From Tricharina praecox (lineage: Eukaryota), in the NCBI RefSeq assembly GCF_024521635.1, contig NW_026250461.1:1-56456 (forward strand): 56,456 nucleotides of DNA. The letters are read 5' to 3'. The position numbers and the translations under genes were made by a program. Shown here piece by piece: positions 23,792 to 35,953 of this stretch. The notes beneath the pieces are model-generated. The model was not told the origin of the DNA and did not search any database. It saw only the letters and a list, made by a program, of their open reading frames with translations. Numbering within the stretch: position 1 is the stretch's first letter; each line of letters starts with the position of its first letter.

Positions 23792-26375
23792 ATGCATACC
23801 AACATATCGCCCGCGTCGCCCGCCTCGGTCTCGGCCTCATCGTCGTCGCGAAAGCGACCCTCCCCCCCCTCCTCCGAGTCCACCACCACCACCACATCCA
23901 AGATTCCCGCGCCCACGACGAACCAGGCCACGACGTTCACTACGCCAGAGGGCCGGAAGAATTCCCGCAGCGGCCCGAGCAATGGCTCCACCGTCATCAG
24001 CAGGAGCATCCAGGCGTGCAATCGGTGTCGTGCGCGAAAGACTCGATGCGATCAGCAGTTTCCGAGCTGCTCGGCGTGTTCGAAGGCCGGTGTTGAGTGT
24101 GTGGGTATCGATGCGGCAACTGGAAGGGAGATTCCGAGGAGTTATGTCGACTGGCTCGAGAAGAGGGTCAAACATCTCGAGATGGAACTGAAATTGGAGC
24201 ATCATGCGCCGGCACCGCCGGCGGCGGAGGAGGGGGACGGCCGTGGCAGGATTGATCCGATGCTGCAGCCGGCGGCTGCTTGGGGTGAGGAACGGACGGC
24301 AGATGGGGGAGGTGGAGGAGGTGGAGGAGGTGGATGCGGAGGCGGAGGTGCTGGGCAGACGGTGGACACGGATGTTGGCAGGATGCAGGCACACAGGGAC
24401 GATACACCCAGGGACGATAGGGACAGGAACGATAGTGGGGAGAGTAGAGCGCTGCATCTACGACCTGATATCGAGAATCTGGTGAATCAGGTCGGGCTGG
24501 TTGGCGTGCAGGGCACAAGTGCTCCGGGTTTCATGGGTGGAAGTTCCGGCATCTCGTAGGTGCTCTTCCTTTTGTGTCTGCGGGAGACACTCCCCGGGGC
24601 GTACAACTGACGCAGATTTCCAGTTTTGCACGACTTATGTTCTCGGCGGTCAAATTGACCAACAAGGACTCCGAACGAGGGGCGGGAAATCCTGCGCCGT
24701 TGTTTGCGCCTCAGAACTCAGCCCCGGACTCGATGAATACTCCGGATCCCGTCGTGTCGTCAACTGTCGTCCCGCGTAATCGACAGCGTGCAACGCCGTG
24801 TCCGTTCCCGACTCGGGAGGTTGCCGAACAGCTGGTCGAAATATACTTCCAACAGGCTAATCCGCAGTTTCCGATCCTGTTCCGGCCGACATTCGACGTC
24901 GTGTTCCGAAGGTTATGTGATCGTGTGGAGCTGGAAGGAGGCGCTACAGTGCCCGCCGGCAGCGGCAATCTCCAGACCGACAGGATCCAACACTGGGCGG
25001 ACCTCTACTTCGCATTCATGTGCTTCGCAATTGCTTCAGCAATGTCTCAGAGCACCGAAAACCTGCCGGAACGGTACCACGCATCTGCGATGCAGTACGT
25101 AGACTACCTCTTCATGTCAGCCTCGTTCTCGAGCAATAGGTTGGATGGGCTGAAGGGTGTTTTGCTTCTGGCTCTGTATTCCCTGATGAGACCTTGCAGT
25201 CCCGGTACGGAAGAGAAATCTATGCGCGATGCGCGAGTGCTGCTGTGTGGGGTCGGTTGCTGATGTTCGTTTATTCTCTCTCTCTAGGCGTGTGGTATGT
25301 CCTTGGATCCGCGTTGCGGCTGGCGGTGGATATGGGGTTGCACCAGGAGAACACGCCGAAAGCGGAGAAGACGTGGGATCCGGTGGCGCTCGACGAACGG
25401 CGGCGGTTGTTCTGGTGCACTTATTCCCTCGATCGGCAGGTGTGCGTGTACCTCGGCCGGCCGTTCGGAATGTCGGACGACGCGATAAAGACACCGTTCC
25501 CGGTCGACGTGGACGACGAATACATCACGGTCAATGGGATCCTGCCTCAACCGTTAGGCAGAAAGTCATCCCGTACGATCTCGTTGCACATGTTCCGGAT
25601 CCGGAGGCTGCAGAGTGAAATACAGCAAATCCTCTACCAGACCACCGAGATCCCGCGGAGGTTCCAGTCGCTCGAGGGTTGGCGTAGGGATATGGAGGCG
25701 AGACTGCAGCATTGGTACGATACCACGCCAAAATCGCAGGATGAGGCGGGCTGTGGGTTCAACCTTTCGTTTGTTGATCTGAATTATCAACAGACCAGGC
25801 TACTGTTGTATGGCCTGTGCCCTGCGGTTCCACTGCCTTCCTCGGAGGCATTCGAGATCATTGCGGACTCGGGGAGTAAGATCATCAAAGCGTACCGCCA
25901 TCTCCATCGGGAAAAGAGCATAAACTACACCTGGCTAGCTTGCCACAACCTCTTCATGGCCGGTAAAATTCCTCCCATCCCTTCCCATCCCCTCCGCAAA
26001 CTCACAGATCCACATAGGAACCTCATATCTCTGCGCGCTCTGGCAATCACCTGATGTCCGTGCCGCCACCACGATCGACCAGATCGACTTCCACACACTA
26101 GCCTGCATTGACGTGCTCTCGTCGATGATCGAGCGCTGTCCCGCAGCACAGACGTGTCGCGATGTGTTCGACTCCCTCGCCTCCTCGACTGTCCGCCTCT
26201 GCAGCGACGAGATAATGCGGCCGCGCTCGCAAACCTCGAACCACTCGCACTCGGGCCACAGAGCAAAGCGGTTCCGTGTCGACTCCCCCGCCCCCCAGCT
26301 GGAGTGGGACTACTCGGCCCCGCAGATCCCCGCCAGTCTCGCGAACCTGCTGCATCCTCCGCCCCCTCCGCCTCC

Positions 26376-26462
<87 letters not shown>

Positions 26463-26679
26463 GCAACAGCACCAACAAGAGTACAGATACGAATACCCGC
26501 AGCAAGAGCTCGACCCCATCTTCCGGATGCCGCTGGGTACCGTCGGCGCGGGCATGGACGGCAGCAGACTTTTCGAGATGATACAGGAAGTGGGAAGCAG
26601 CGGGGGCGTGGCGTATGGATTCGGTCTGGAGAATATGGGCGGACATGTGTGGGAGGGCACAGGGAGCGGGTGGGTGTAG
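23792..26679 (+). CDS. Zn(II)2Cys6 transcription factor of the UaY/Ppr1 type (purine/pyrimidine regulator) with Fungal_trans domain
   Basis: ACNRCRARKTRCDQQFPSCSACSKAGVECVGIDAATGREIPRSYV, G.ALRLAVDMGLH and RRRLFWCTYSLDR. Introns ~24557-24623, ~25206-25287 and ~25962-26017. Confidence 0.88.
26377..26469 (+). repeat. CAA/CAG repeat encoding ~31 Gln in the Zn2Cys6 factor C-terminus
   Basis: Read directly from the sequence; preceded by a poly-Pro run. Confidence 0.95.
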
Positions 26680-27496
26680 TGGGGGTAGGTAATGTGTGAC
26701 AACGGGAGGGAGGATAGCGGGGGGTGGTTTGATTTGGGAGTTTATGGTAGCTTTTTTTGTTTTTTGCGGTGCGGTTTATTTTCTTCATGGGAAGCGGTTT
26801 CTGTGGTTGTAACTATCTGCGGCGGTGGTGGTGATTCGAATAATTGAACAAACAAACCAACGTGAATGGACCATTCGGATTTTTTTCGGGATGGGATGGG
26901 AGTGCTCAGTGGAAGGCGGGGTTTTTTTCTTCTACGCATATGAAACTGGAAGAAAGTGATGTGCAGGTAGGTAGATTGATACGGTGTGATCTGCTTTTTT
27001 TGCTACCAAGTATGCCGCTATAGTGCATTCCTCGTCGTCCAAGATATTAGTAAGGTACCTAGAGGAGTTGTTCAGAGTTCTAGCTTAGAAGATTCCCAAG
27101 CGCCGCTGCCGGTATGTGACTAGCCAGAACTCATCAGCCCCGCCTGTACGTACGCCTGTACTTACTTACCTACATAAGTTCCCCTCGCCATACTCAAGCA
27201 CGGTCGATCACTCGCCATCACCTCGCCCTCATTGGGAATTATAATGTACTATATAGTAAGTAACACACGCGCATGCCATAGTGGGAAAGCCCGAAGGAAG
27301 GATGGAAGTTATGGCTGGCTGGCTGTTACTCCTAACTCCAATATCACCATTCCAAAACAAGTCGTCATTATGAAAAGCAATTTTATTTTATTTATCCGGT
27401 ATCTCGTCCTTTTCTTCAAAAAATTCACCCACTCCCACCCCACTCTTACCCCAATCCCGCCCGCCCAATCCCGCCCCCTCCCGCCCCCCCTCCCCT

Positions 27497-27856
27497 TCAC
27501 GTCGGAAACCTCCACCCAGCCCCATAATCCGCCAACCTCAGCTCCTCCATCGACATGCCCGCCCACGCGGGCGACATGCAGATGCTCTGGTAGGCCACGG
27601 TGGGAATGGCGGGATTACGCGAGGCCCAGTACACGCCCGCGAGGTGCGGGTGGGATAGGGGCGTCGTTGGGGCGCCCCGCATGCACGTGGATGGGGACTT
27701 GTTGGCTGGGCTGGTGGAGCTGGTGGAGCTGGATGAGATGGCGGGTGGGTGAGGAGGAAACTTGGGGAATGTGAAGGTGGCGGAGGTGGAGGTGGCGGAG
27801 GTGGAGGGGGTAGTGGAGGTGGTAGGCGGATCGTTATTGGTGGTGGGATGAGACAC
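27497..27856 (-). CDS. GLEBS-motif small protein, copy A (119 aa; start codon is GTG, possibly inactivated)
   Basis: S/T/P-rich N-terminus followed by YQSICMSPAWAGMSMEELRLADYGAGWRF. It has GTG where copy B has ATG. Confidence 0.6.
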   Translation of the reverse strand: MSHPTTNNDPPTTSTTPSTSATSTSATFTFPKFPPHPPAISSSSTSSTSPANKSPSTCMRGAPTTPLSHPHLAGVYWASRNPAIPTVAYQSICMSPAWAGMSMEELRLADYGAGWRFPT

Positions 27857-30074
27857 TGTTGATGGTGGAAATGTAATGTCGTGGAGGGGAGAGTGAGTTA
27901 TTTTGATTTAAGAAGTGGTGGTGGTGGTCGTGATGGAGGAGAGGAGGAGTGACGATGGTGGTGGAGGAAGAAGAGTTGTGGTGGAAGCCGAAGAGTTGTG
28001 GTGGAGTAAGAAGAATAGGAGTTGTGGAGAAGGAAGAGAAAGAGAAAGGTAAGTCAAGAGAGCAACCTAAAAATGCAGAGCACATGGAGTTCCAAGTCAA
28101 CACATCACCATCACTCGGCGAATACGCACACTAGGCTAGCCAACACTAGCCAACAGCCTTGGTGCCCAATCAACGACACCAACACCCACACAACCTCGAT
28201 CCAGCGCTACCTAGCCTAACACGATTCGTTGGGTGTGTAGCCGGAATCAACAACTTCGCTCCCGGAAACAAGCAACGTTGTGTCATTATAGCTCACTCGC
28301 GGTCGAGCGAGAACTTCGCTCGTGGGATGGAAGGTAACTAACTCTTACTCCCCACGCCAGCTCTCGTACATACCTACATACCATCGGAGAATGTACTCTA
28401 TCGGAGGCTTGCCATCCGTCCGTCTGGTAGTGTCACTGCAGCTGTATATACCTAGCATTGGTGGCATTTTTCTTCTCAACGCGTACCTACCTACCTACTA
28501 GTAGACGAGGCATCGAGGGTGACAGACAGATACGAGTACCTGTCTTAATAGCTGTTGAAAAGTGGTCTTGGAGTTGATAGGTGCACTGGTGGGAGGAAGG
28601 ATACAGACGATGATGATGATGATGTAAGAGATATCGACTTAGGTAGATACTTCTTGGTATCAAAGGAGAGTCCCATGCTATCCTCATAGCGCCCCGAAGG
28701 CTGCCAGCCACAGCGTTTCCGCAGCAGTCAAACATGGCAGTCAAACAAACAAACGAGTGACATCCCGTGAAGCACACACCTGATACCTACCTAATCAACA
28801 GTATGGATTGGTTGTGAAGGGCTGAAACAGTTGCGGTGATGTTGCTTCTATATAAAGGACCCAGTGGGGTTCTAATAGGCCAGCCACTGCATTGTTTGAC
28901 CAAGAAATTTCAAAAAGTAGTCGACTGGCGTTCAGGGCGGTCACAGAGACGGAGACGGCGGAAGGATGGCAGTGTATTTATGTAGGTGAGGAGTCATACA
29001 GAATCTACAGGGTGCTGATGGGTATAATACTGCCACAACCACCACGAAACTCCTCGAGTACAGGTGGGTATCTATAAGTTTGGAGTCAGCTCTAAATCCA
29101 GCTCTAAATCCAGCTGGACGGAACGAGTGAACTGCGATAGGAAAGAGATGGCCTGTCATTCGTCATCGACAGGCGCGCACATCATCATGTCCAGTCCAAA
29201 CTCCAGCTGCCATCATGGAATTGTCCTGAAAATGTGAAATAGCAATGTTAGATAGCAGTTGCAAACACAGAAGCCGCGGCGACATACATAAGACAAAGAC
29301 AAACCCACAGGGACACGGATCCACGCTTGGGGAGTATTATGGCACGGCTTTTTTTGGCGATATTCGCCACGAGTGACGAAAGTGGCCCGCAGGCTGCTGA
29401 GCTGCATGCATGGCCTTCGGGTTTGGTCCTACAGTCCTACATATGCCGCTACATTCCTCGTCGTCCAAGATATTGGTAAGGTACCTAGAGGGGTCGTTCA
29501 GGGTTCTAGCTTACATAGAAGACTCCCAACCGCCGCTACCAGTAACCAGGCAGAGCACATCAGCCCCGCCTGTACGTACGCCTGTACTTACTTACATACA
29601 TAAGTTCCCCTCGCCAGCAGCCATACCCAAGCACAGACGATCACTCACACTCACACTCACCCTCAGCTGTCAAAATCACGAACTTTCGTGTACCGTGCCA
29701 TGCGAGATCACTCTCTGTCTAGACGCTTCCGGTATCCGTTCCCACCTGAGGTGGCAAGAGGCCACTATTTGAGACATCCCCGCCTTGTTCTACATATGCC
29801 TTTCCACCGGGCGCGTGGGGTGGGATTGGGGATTACAACGCACTGCCTATATAGTAGTACGCGCGTATATATGTCACAGTGGGGAAGGAAGATTGGAAGT
29901 TATGGCTGTTACGGTTACAATTGGTATCACCATTACAAAACAAAACAAGTCGTCATTACGAAAAGCAATTTTATTTTATTTATTCGTTATCTCGTACTTT
30001 TGCAAATTCACCCACTCTCAACCCGCTCCTACCCCACTCTTACCCCAACCCCACCCCCCCACTCCCCCTCCCCT

Positions 30075-30437
30075 TCATTTCGGAAACCTCCACCCAGCCC
30101 CATAATCCGCCAACCTTAGCTCCTCCATCGACATGCCCGCCCACGCGGGCGACATGCAGATAGTCTGGTAGGCCACGGTCGGAATGGCAGGATTACGCGA
30201 GGCCCAGTACACGCCCGCGAGGTGCGGGTGGGATAGGGGCGTCGTTGGGGCGCCCTGCATGGACGTGGACGTGGACGTGGACGTGGACTTGTTGGCTGAG
30301 CTGGTGGAGGTGGTGGAGCTGGCGGAGCTGGCGGGTGGGTTCGGGGGCAACTTGGGGGATATGGAGGACCGGGAGGAGGAGGCGGTGGAGGTGGTGGAGG
30401 TGGTAGGTGGATCGTTATTGGTGGCGGGATGAGACAT
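30075..30437 (-). CDS. GLEBS-motif small protein, copy B (120 aa, intact)
   Basis: ATG in 'caacaATG' context; single exon; ends YQTICMSPAWAGMSMEELRLADYGAGWRFPK*. Confidence 0.8.
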   Translation of the reverse strand: MSHPATNNDPPTTSTTSTASSSRSSISPKLPPNPPASSASSTTSTSSANKSTSTSTSTSMQGAPTTPLSHPHLAGVYWASRNPAIPTVAYQTICMSPAWAGMSMEELRLADYGAGWRFPK

Positions 30438-30495
30438 TGTTGATGGTGTAAATGTAGTGGAGTGGAGTGGAGAGTGAGGTATTGTGACTTGAGAA

Positions 30496-30555
30496 GTGGT
30501 GGTGGTGGTGGTGGTGGTGGTGGTGGTGGTGGTGGTGGTGGTGGTGGTGGTGGTG
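30496..30555. repeat. (GGT)n microsatellite, about 20 copies, upstream of GLEBS copy B
   Basis: Read directly from the sequence; shorter or degenerate at the equivalent positions in units A and C. Confidence 0.95.
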
Positions 30556-31929
30556 GAGGAGGAAGAGAAGTGGCGATGGTGGTGGAGGAAGAAGAGTTGT
30601 GATGGAAGCCGAAGAGGAAGAAGAGTTGTGGTGGTGGAAGAAGAAGAAGAGTTGTGGTGGTGGAAGAAGAATAGGAGTTGTGGTGGAGGAAGAGGAATGG
30701 TAGTGGTGGAAGAGGAAGAGGAGTGGGAGGAGAAGGGAAAGAGGGAAAATGAAACTTACCTATCTACAGAGCGCTTGGAATCCCAAATCAACACATCACC
30801 ATCACTCGACGAATCGGCACAGGCTAGCCAGTACTAGCCAACAGCCTTGGTGCGCGCAAAATAAAACTGGAAGATCTCTCTCTCAGCCTTGGTGCCCAAT
30901 CGACGACGCCAACACCCACACCCACAACATTAATCAGGCCCTATGTACATAGCTCGACACGACTCATTGTGTTGAAAATATGCGGTAGTAAAGTACATCA
31001 GAAAATGTATCCAGACGATGATGACCTATGTAAGAGATATCGACCTACGTAGATTGCTAGGAAAAGAGAGTACTAGACACATATCGCTGCGCAGGCTGCC
31101 AGCCACAGCGTTTTTGCAGCAGTGAAATAAGGCAGTGAAACAAACTAACGAGTGATATCCCGTGACGTGAAGCACACACGTGATAATCAACATTGAACAG
31201 GATGGATATTATGAAGGAGTTGAAAGAGTTGTGGTGACGAGAGGATGTTAATTCTACATAAAGGATTCAGTGGAGTTCTAATAGGTCAGCCACTGTATGG
31301 AATTGTCAAATAGCAATGTCAAATAGCAGTTGCAAACACGCAGAAGCCGCGGCGACACAAGACAAAGACAAAGCCGCAGAGACACGGATCCACGCTTGAG
31401 GATGATATCATTGTACGGCTTTTTTGGCGATCTTCGCCACTAGTGACGAAAGTAGCCGGCAACCGAGCTGCTGAGCTGCATGGCCTTCGGGTTTGGTCCT
31501 ACCTAAGTATATATGCCGCTACATTCCTCGTCGCCCAAGATATTGGTAAGGTACCTAGAGGAGTCGTTCAGAGTTCTAGCTTAGAAGACTCCCAAGCGCC
31601 GTTACCAGTAACCAGGCAGAGCACATCAGCCCCGCCTGTACGCCTGTACTTACTTACATAAGTTCCCCTTGCCATACCTAAGCACGGACGATCACTCACC
31701 TTCACCCTCACCCTCAATGGGGATTATAATGCACTATATTATAGCACGCGCGTATGTCACAGTGAGGAAGGAAGGTTGGAAATTATGGCTGGCCGTATAG
31801 TTACGACTACAATATCACCATTACAAAACGAGAAGTCAAGAAAATTAAGAAAAAAAGAGATCTATTCGGTATCTAGGAACTTTTAAAGAGGGAAAACAAA
31901 GGAACCCACTCTTGCCCAAACCCCGCCCC

Positions 31930-32883
31930 CTACCTCCACTTCATTTCGGGAAACTTCCAGCCAGCCTTGTAGTCGGCCATTCTCAGCTCCTCCATCGACA
32001 TGCCCGTCCACTCGGGCGACATGCAGATGTTCTGGTAGACGACGGGGGGAATGGCGGGATCGGGCGAGGCGTAGTACACGCCCTCGAGGCGGGGGTGAAA
32101 GGCGGGAGACACTGGAGTGCCCTTTCCAGACGTGTACCTGTTGGCGTCATTGATGTCACTGGCGTCGTCCTCGTCGTCATCGAAGAACGTCGGCGGAATA
32201 CCCATCTGCCATTGGTGGTGCGTGTCCTGGCTGAAGATGGGACTTGCTTCGGGGGATGATGGAGCACAGATATTGAAGTCACCGGATATGGTAGGAGCAT
32301 TGAGAGTGTTGGGCCAGTGGCGAGTGCTGGTCGTCGAGCTCGAGGCCGAAGCGCCGCTTCCGGTCACCCAAGAACGTTTCGGAAATAGAAACAGGTTGTC
32401 GTTGATATTGTTGGCGGTGGCTGCAACGGTCGTGTTGGCCGTGTTTCCCGTAGTGAAAGGCATACTAGAGCCCTCACCCAGGCTTAGTGCTTCTAGGGCT
32501 TCGGTGATAGTCTAAATCTTGCAGATAGCAACTTGGACAGGAAGCTTGGTGACAACCATTAAAAAGTTAGCGGCGAGTAAAATAGGCTTGAACCAGCCCG
32601 CAGCTGCAGCCGAGGATGGGCCGGCCGGATTCTGCTGATCGGCTCGACGGAGGTGGTGGAAGCTGCGGGCGTCATCAGCGTCAAGCACGTGTATATATAG
32701 GAAATAAATACTGTACGTACCCTTGAAGCCCTCAGCGGAAGTATCGTAGTGTTCGTCTGTCGGCGTCGGACGGCTTTCCGGCTTCGGGGCTCGGTTGTTG
32801 GGGAATAGGGTGGACTTGAAGGTGGCGGCGGTGGCGGGGACGGGGATGATACTTAAATCGTCATCGGTGTTGGGATAAGCCAT
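31930..32883 (-). CDS. GLEBS-motif protein, copy C (longer form; exon structure uncertain)
   Basis: ORF 31930..32463 ends YQNICMSPEWTGMSMEELRMADYKAGWKF. The ATG homologous to the start of copies A and B is at 32883 (MAYPNTDDD), and an intron-like GTACGT...CTGATGAC..CAG lies at ~32663-32719. The join to the GLEBS ORF is unresolved. Confidence 0.65.
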
Positions 32884-35819
32884 TATTGCTGGTGTAAATG
32901 TAATGGGGTGGAGTGGTGAGTGAGTTATTGTGGTTTAAGAAGTGGTGGTGGTGGATGAGGAGTAGCAGTGGTGGTGGTGGACCAGGAGTAGCAGTGGTGG
33001 TGGTGGACCAGGAGTAGCAGTGGTGGTGGTGGAAGAAGAATGGGAGTGGCAGTGGAGGATGAGGAGTAGCAGTGGTGGTGGAGGAAGAGGAATGGGAGTG
33101 GTGGAGGAGGAAGAGAAGAAGAAGAGAAAGTCAAGAGAGCAACCCTAAAAATACAGAGCACACGAAGTTCCAAGTCAACACATCACCATCACTCGGCGAA
33201 TTCACAGGCTAGCCAATACTATCCAATAGCCTTTGTGCTCAATCGACAACACCAACACCCACACAACCTCGCTCCAGCCCTACCTAGCCTAATACGACTC
33301 GTTTTTTATGTACATAGCCGGAATCAACAACTACGGTCCCGGACACAAGCAACGTCGTGCCATGAAAGTTCACTCGCGGTCGATCGATAACTTCACTCGT
33401 GGGCTGGAAAGTGAACAGCCAATAAGTCATGCCTCACCACCTTTACGAATTATAAGCACAAGGTGAGGCACCACTTACCATCATACGAGTACATATCATT
33501 GATAGGCGCCGGTATCGAGCTCGCGGTCAGCGGTCGGAGACAGACGGATGGGAGGATGTGCCATTAGAAATATAGTGAAGTACATAAGAAAATGTATCCA
33601 GACGATGATGACTTATGTAAGAGATATCGACCCAAGCATCCTGTTATGGAAAGAGAGTCCTATTCACACAGCGCCCCGCAGGCTGCCAGCCCCAGCGTTT
33701 TCGCAGCAGTAAACCAAGACGGCGAAAACAAATAGCCGAGTGATATCCTGTGAAGCACACACGTGATAATCAACGTTAGGAATTGATTGTGAAGGGTTGA
33801 AAGAGTCGCTTTGACACGGTGATATTGCGGTGATGTTTCTTCTACACAAACGGTTTGGCGGGGGTTCTCATCGCCCAGCCGCCAGCCACATGGTTTTCCC
33901 CAAAAATTCCAGAAAGCGGCAGTCGACTGCAGTCCGTGCCGGCAAAATCTTGGACTCTTGTATAGACGGACTGACTATTATTTACACACACACCACTCTC
34001 CGGTTTTATGGGCTAGACGAGACTAGACTAGACTACCGGCAGAACTGGATGAGATGGAGGGAGGGAGAGAGGGAGGGAGGGAGCGAAGCCTGGAGACGTT
34101 CCGGGCGATCACGGGACGGATCCGGCTAGGGAGGGATGGCGGTGTGGCGGTGCGGCGGTGTGGCGGTGTATTAGGAGAGGAGTCAAATAGAACTTATAGG
34201 AGGCTGATGGGTATGCTATTGGTACTATGACAAGGGTACAGTCGATGTGCGGTGCTCGAACGCCGAGGAACAGGAAGAGAACTACTTAGGTGTTCTGTCG
34301 ACATGATTGGGAGGAAGGAGGTGTAGGACATCATGGCAGAGGCGGAGGGGTTTCAAGTTTGAGATAATTGTGCCGATGACTTCCCGGAAGTTGGAACCGG
34401 GGAGGAGAGACCAGCTGGAAAGAGTGGGTTCGCACGGATTGGTATGATATTTATGGTTGGTTGAAACTTGAAATTCAATAGCCAACTCGTACCGTATTTG
34501 GTGGTGGATCAGTGGCACGACGACTCGAGAGTGAAGCATTTGGCGAGAGGAATGTGTGTATTATTATGGATCACACCAGATAGCTGAACTTCCGTGTTTC
34601 GACTTTCAAGCAGTTGCGCAGACGCAATTCAACACAGGTGACCAGTGACCAGTGACCGCTCCAAGTGACCACCCCAAGTAACCAAACCTGAGTGCTGTCC
34701 CCCACGGCCCGTGTAGCTAAAATCAGATGTATCCACAATCCATCTACAAATAGCGCAGCCCTACCTATTCACCAGAACATCGGCTTCATGACCGGTCACC
34801 GCAACACCGTTGGGCATCTGGATTCTGACTGTGTCACTCGTCTGTTGAAACTCCCCGTCGTCTACAACCTTTCCCGTCCTCCGTCTTTGTATTACCATCC
34901 AGGGCTTTGTCAACCTGTCAACCTGTCAACTCGTCAAGAGAATAGGTACAAGACCCAATCCTATACATACTATACTTAGGTTTCAGCTCTAAATCCAGCT
35001 CTAAATCTACCTGGATGTCGGATGGATGTCCGATGGACGGGACTTGACGAGCGAATGGTATTCGTCGACAGGCGGGCACATCATGCCCAGCTGCCGTCAT
35101 GGGAATGTCAAATAGCGATTGCAAACACAGAAGTCGTGGCGATATAAGATATTAATAATTGATATAGTAGAGCAGTCATCCACAGCTCTACTATGATAGC
35201 TTAGAAGACTCTTGAGTAAGTGCCACTACCTACCAGACAAAGCACTCAGCCCCGCCTGCATGTACCTACACAAGTTCCCCCGAGCCATGACCGATCACTC
35301 ACCCTCACCCTCGCCCTCAGCCACAGCCACAGCCACTCGCCACGTGGACAGTGACTCCGCAACCAAACGCCGCTTACTCCACGCCCCCCATCAGCCATCG
35401 CCGACAGATAAAAACACTCACATTGATGCTGACAACGTCCGACTCCGTCACTGTACTGTACCGTACCGCAAGTTCTGATCTGACGTGACACCGGCGGCGG
35501 TTACGTGATTGAGAATTTGACATACTGTAGACATGCACATTTCGACCATACTTGGGCCATTCTCCTGGGGGGGGGAGGGAGGGATCGCAATGTTCAAAAT
35601 TCAAATCCGAGATTGCGTTTTTTTTTACTTTGGAAAGCGGGGATGCGGAATCTGCAGGTAGAGTTTCCCACGCAGGAATAACAATCCAACGACGAGCCAG
35701 CCAGCCGGTCAATTGGCTTTCCCTAGGGTCCCAGCGAGTGTTCGATGGAAACTTCCATTCGGCACATACTTTGGGTAGAGTATGTATCAGCGGTGGTGAA
35801 ACATGATTGGCGGCGGGGG

Positions 35820-35953
35820 GGCGGCGGCGGGGGGACATGACATGTGGGTATGTGGGCGGGGGGGGCGGCGGCGGGGGGACATGACATGTGGGTATGTGGG
35901 CGGGGGGGGGGCGGCGGCGGGGGGACATGACATGTGGGTATGTGGGCGGGGGG
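35820..35953. repeat. G-rich minisatellite, three units of ~45-50 bp
   Basis: (ggcggcggcggggggacatgacatgtgggtatgtgggcggggg..) x3. Confidence 0.9.

Larger units (their letters stand above)
27011..35320. repeat. Tandem segmental duplication: unit A 27011-29441, unit B 29442-31511, unit C 31512-~35150 (with insertions), stub ~35195-35320
   Basis: Each full unit starts 'tatgccgcta...cattcctcgtcg.ccaagatatt.gtaaggtacctagagg'. Shared blocks include 'caacacatcaccatcactcg.cgaat', 'gtaagagatatcgac', 'ggctgccagcc.cagcgttt' and 'gcaaacac..agaag.cg.ggcga'. Confidence 0.92.

Noticed and set aside
27497..32463. GLEBS ORFs as a fragmented NUP98/NUP116 gene
   Set aside because: No FG/GLFG repeats or autoproteolytic domain nearby; each ORF stops just after the motif and has its own start context.
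27011..35320. Array as LTR retrotransposons
   Set aside because: No gag/pol, no TG...CA LTR pairs, PBS or TSD; the units are head-to-tail gene duplications.
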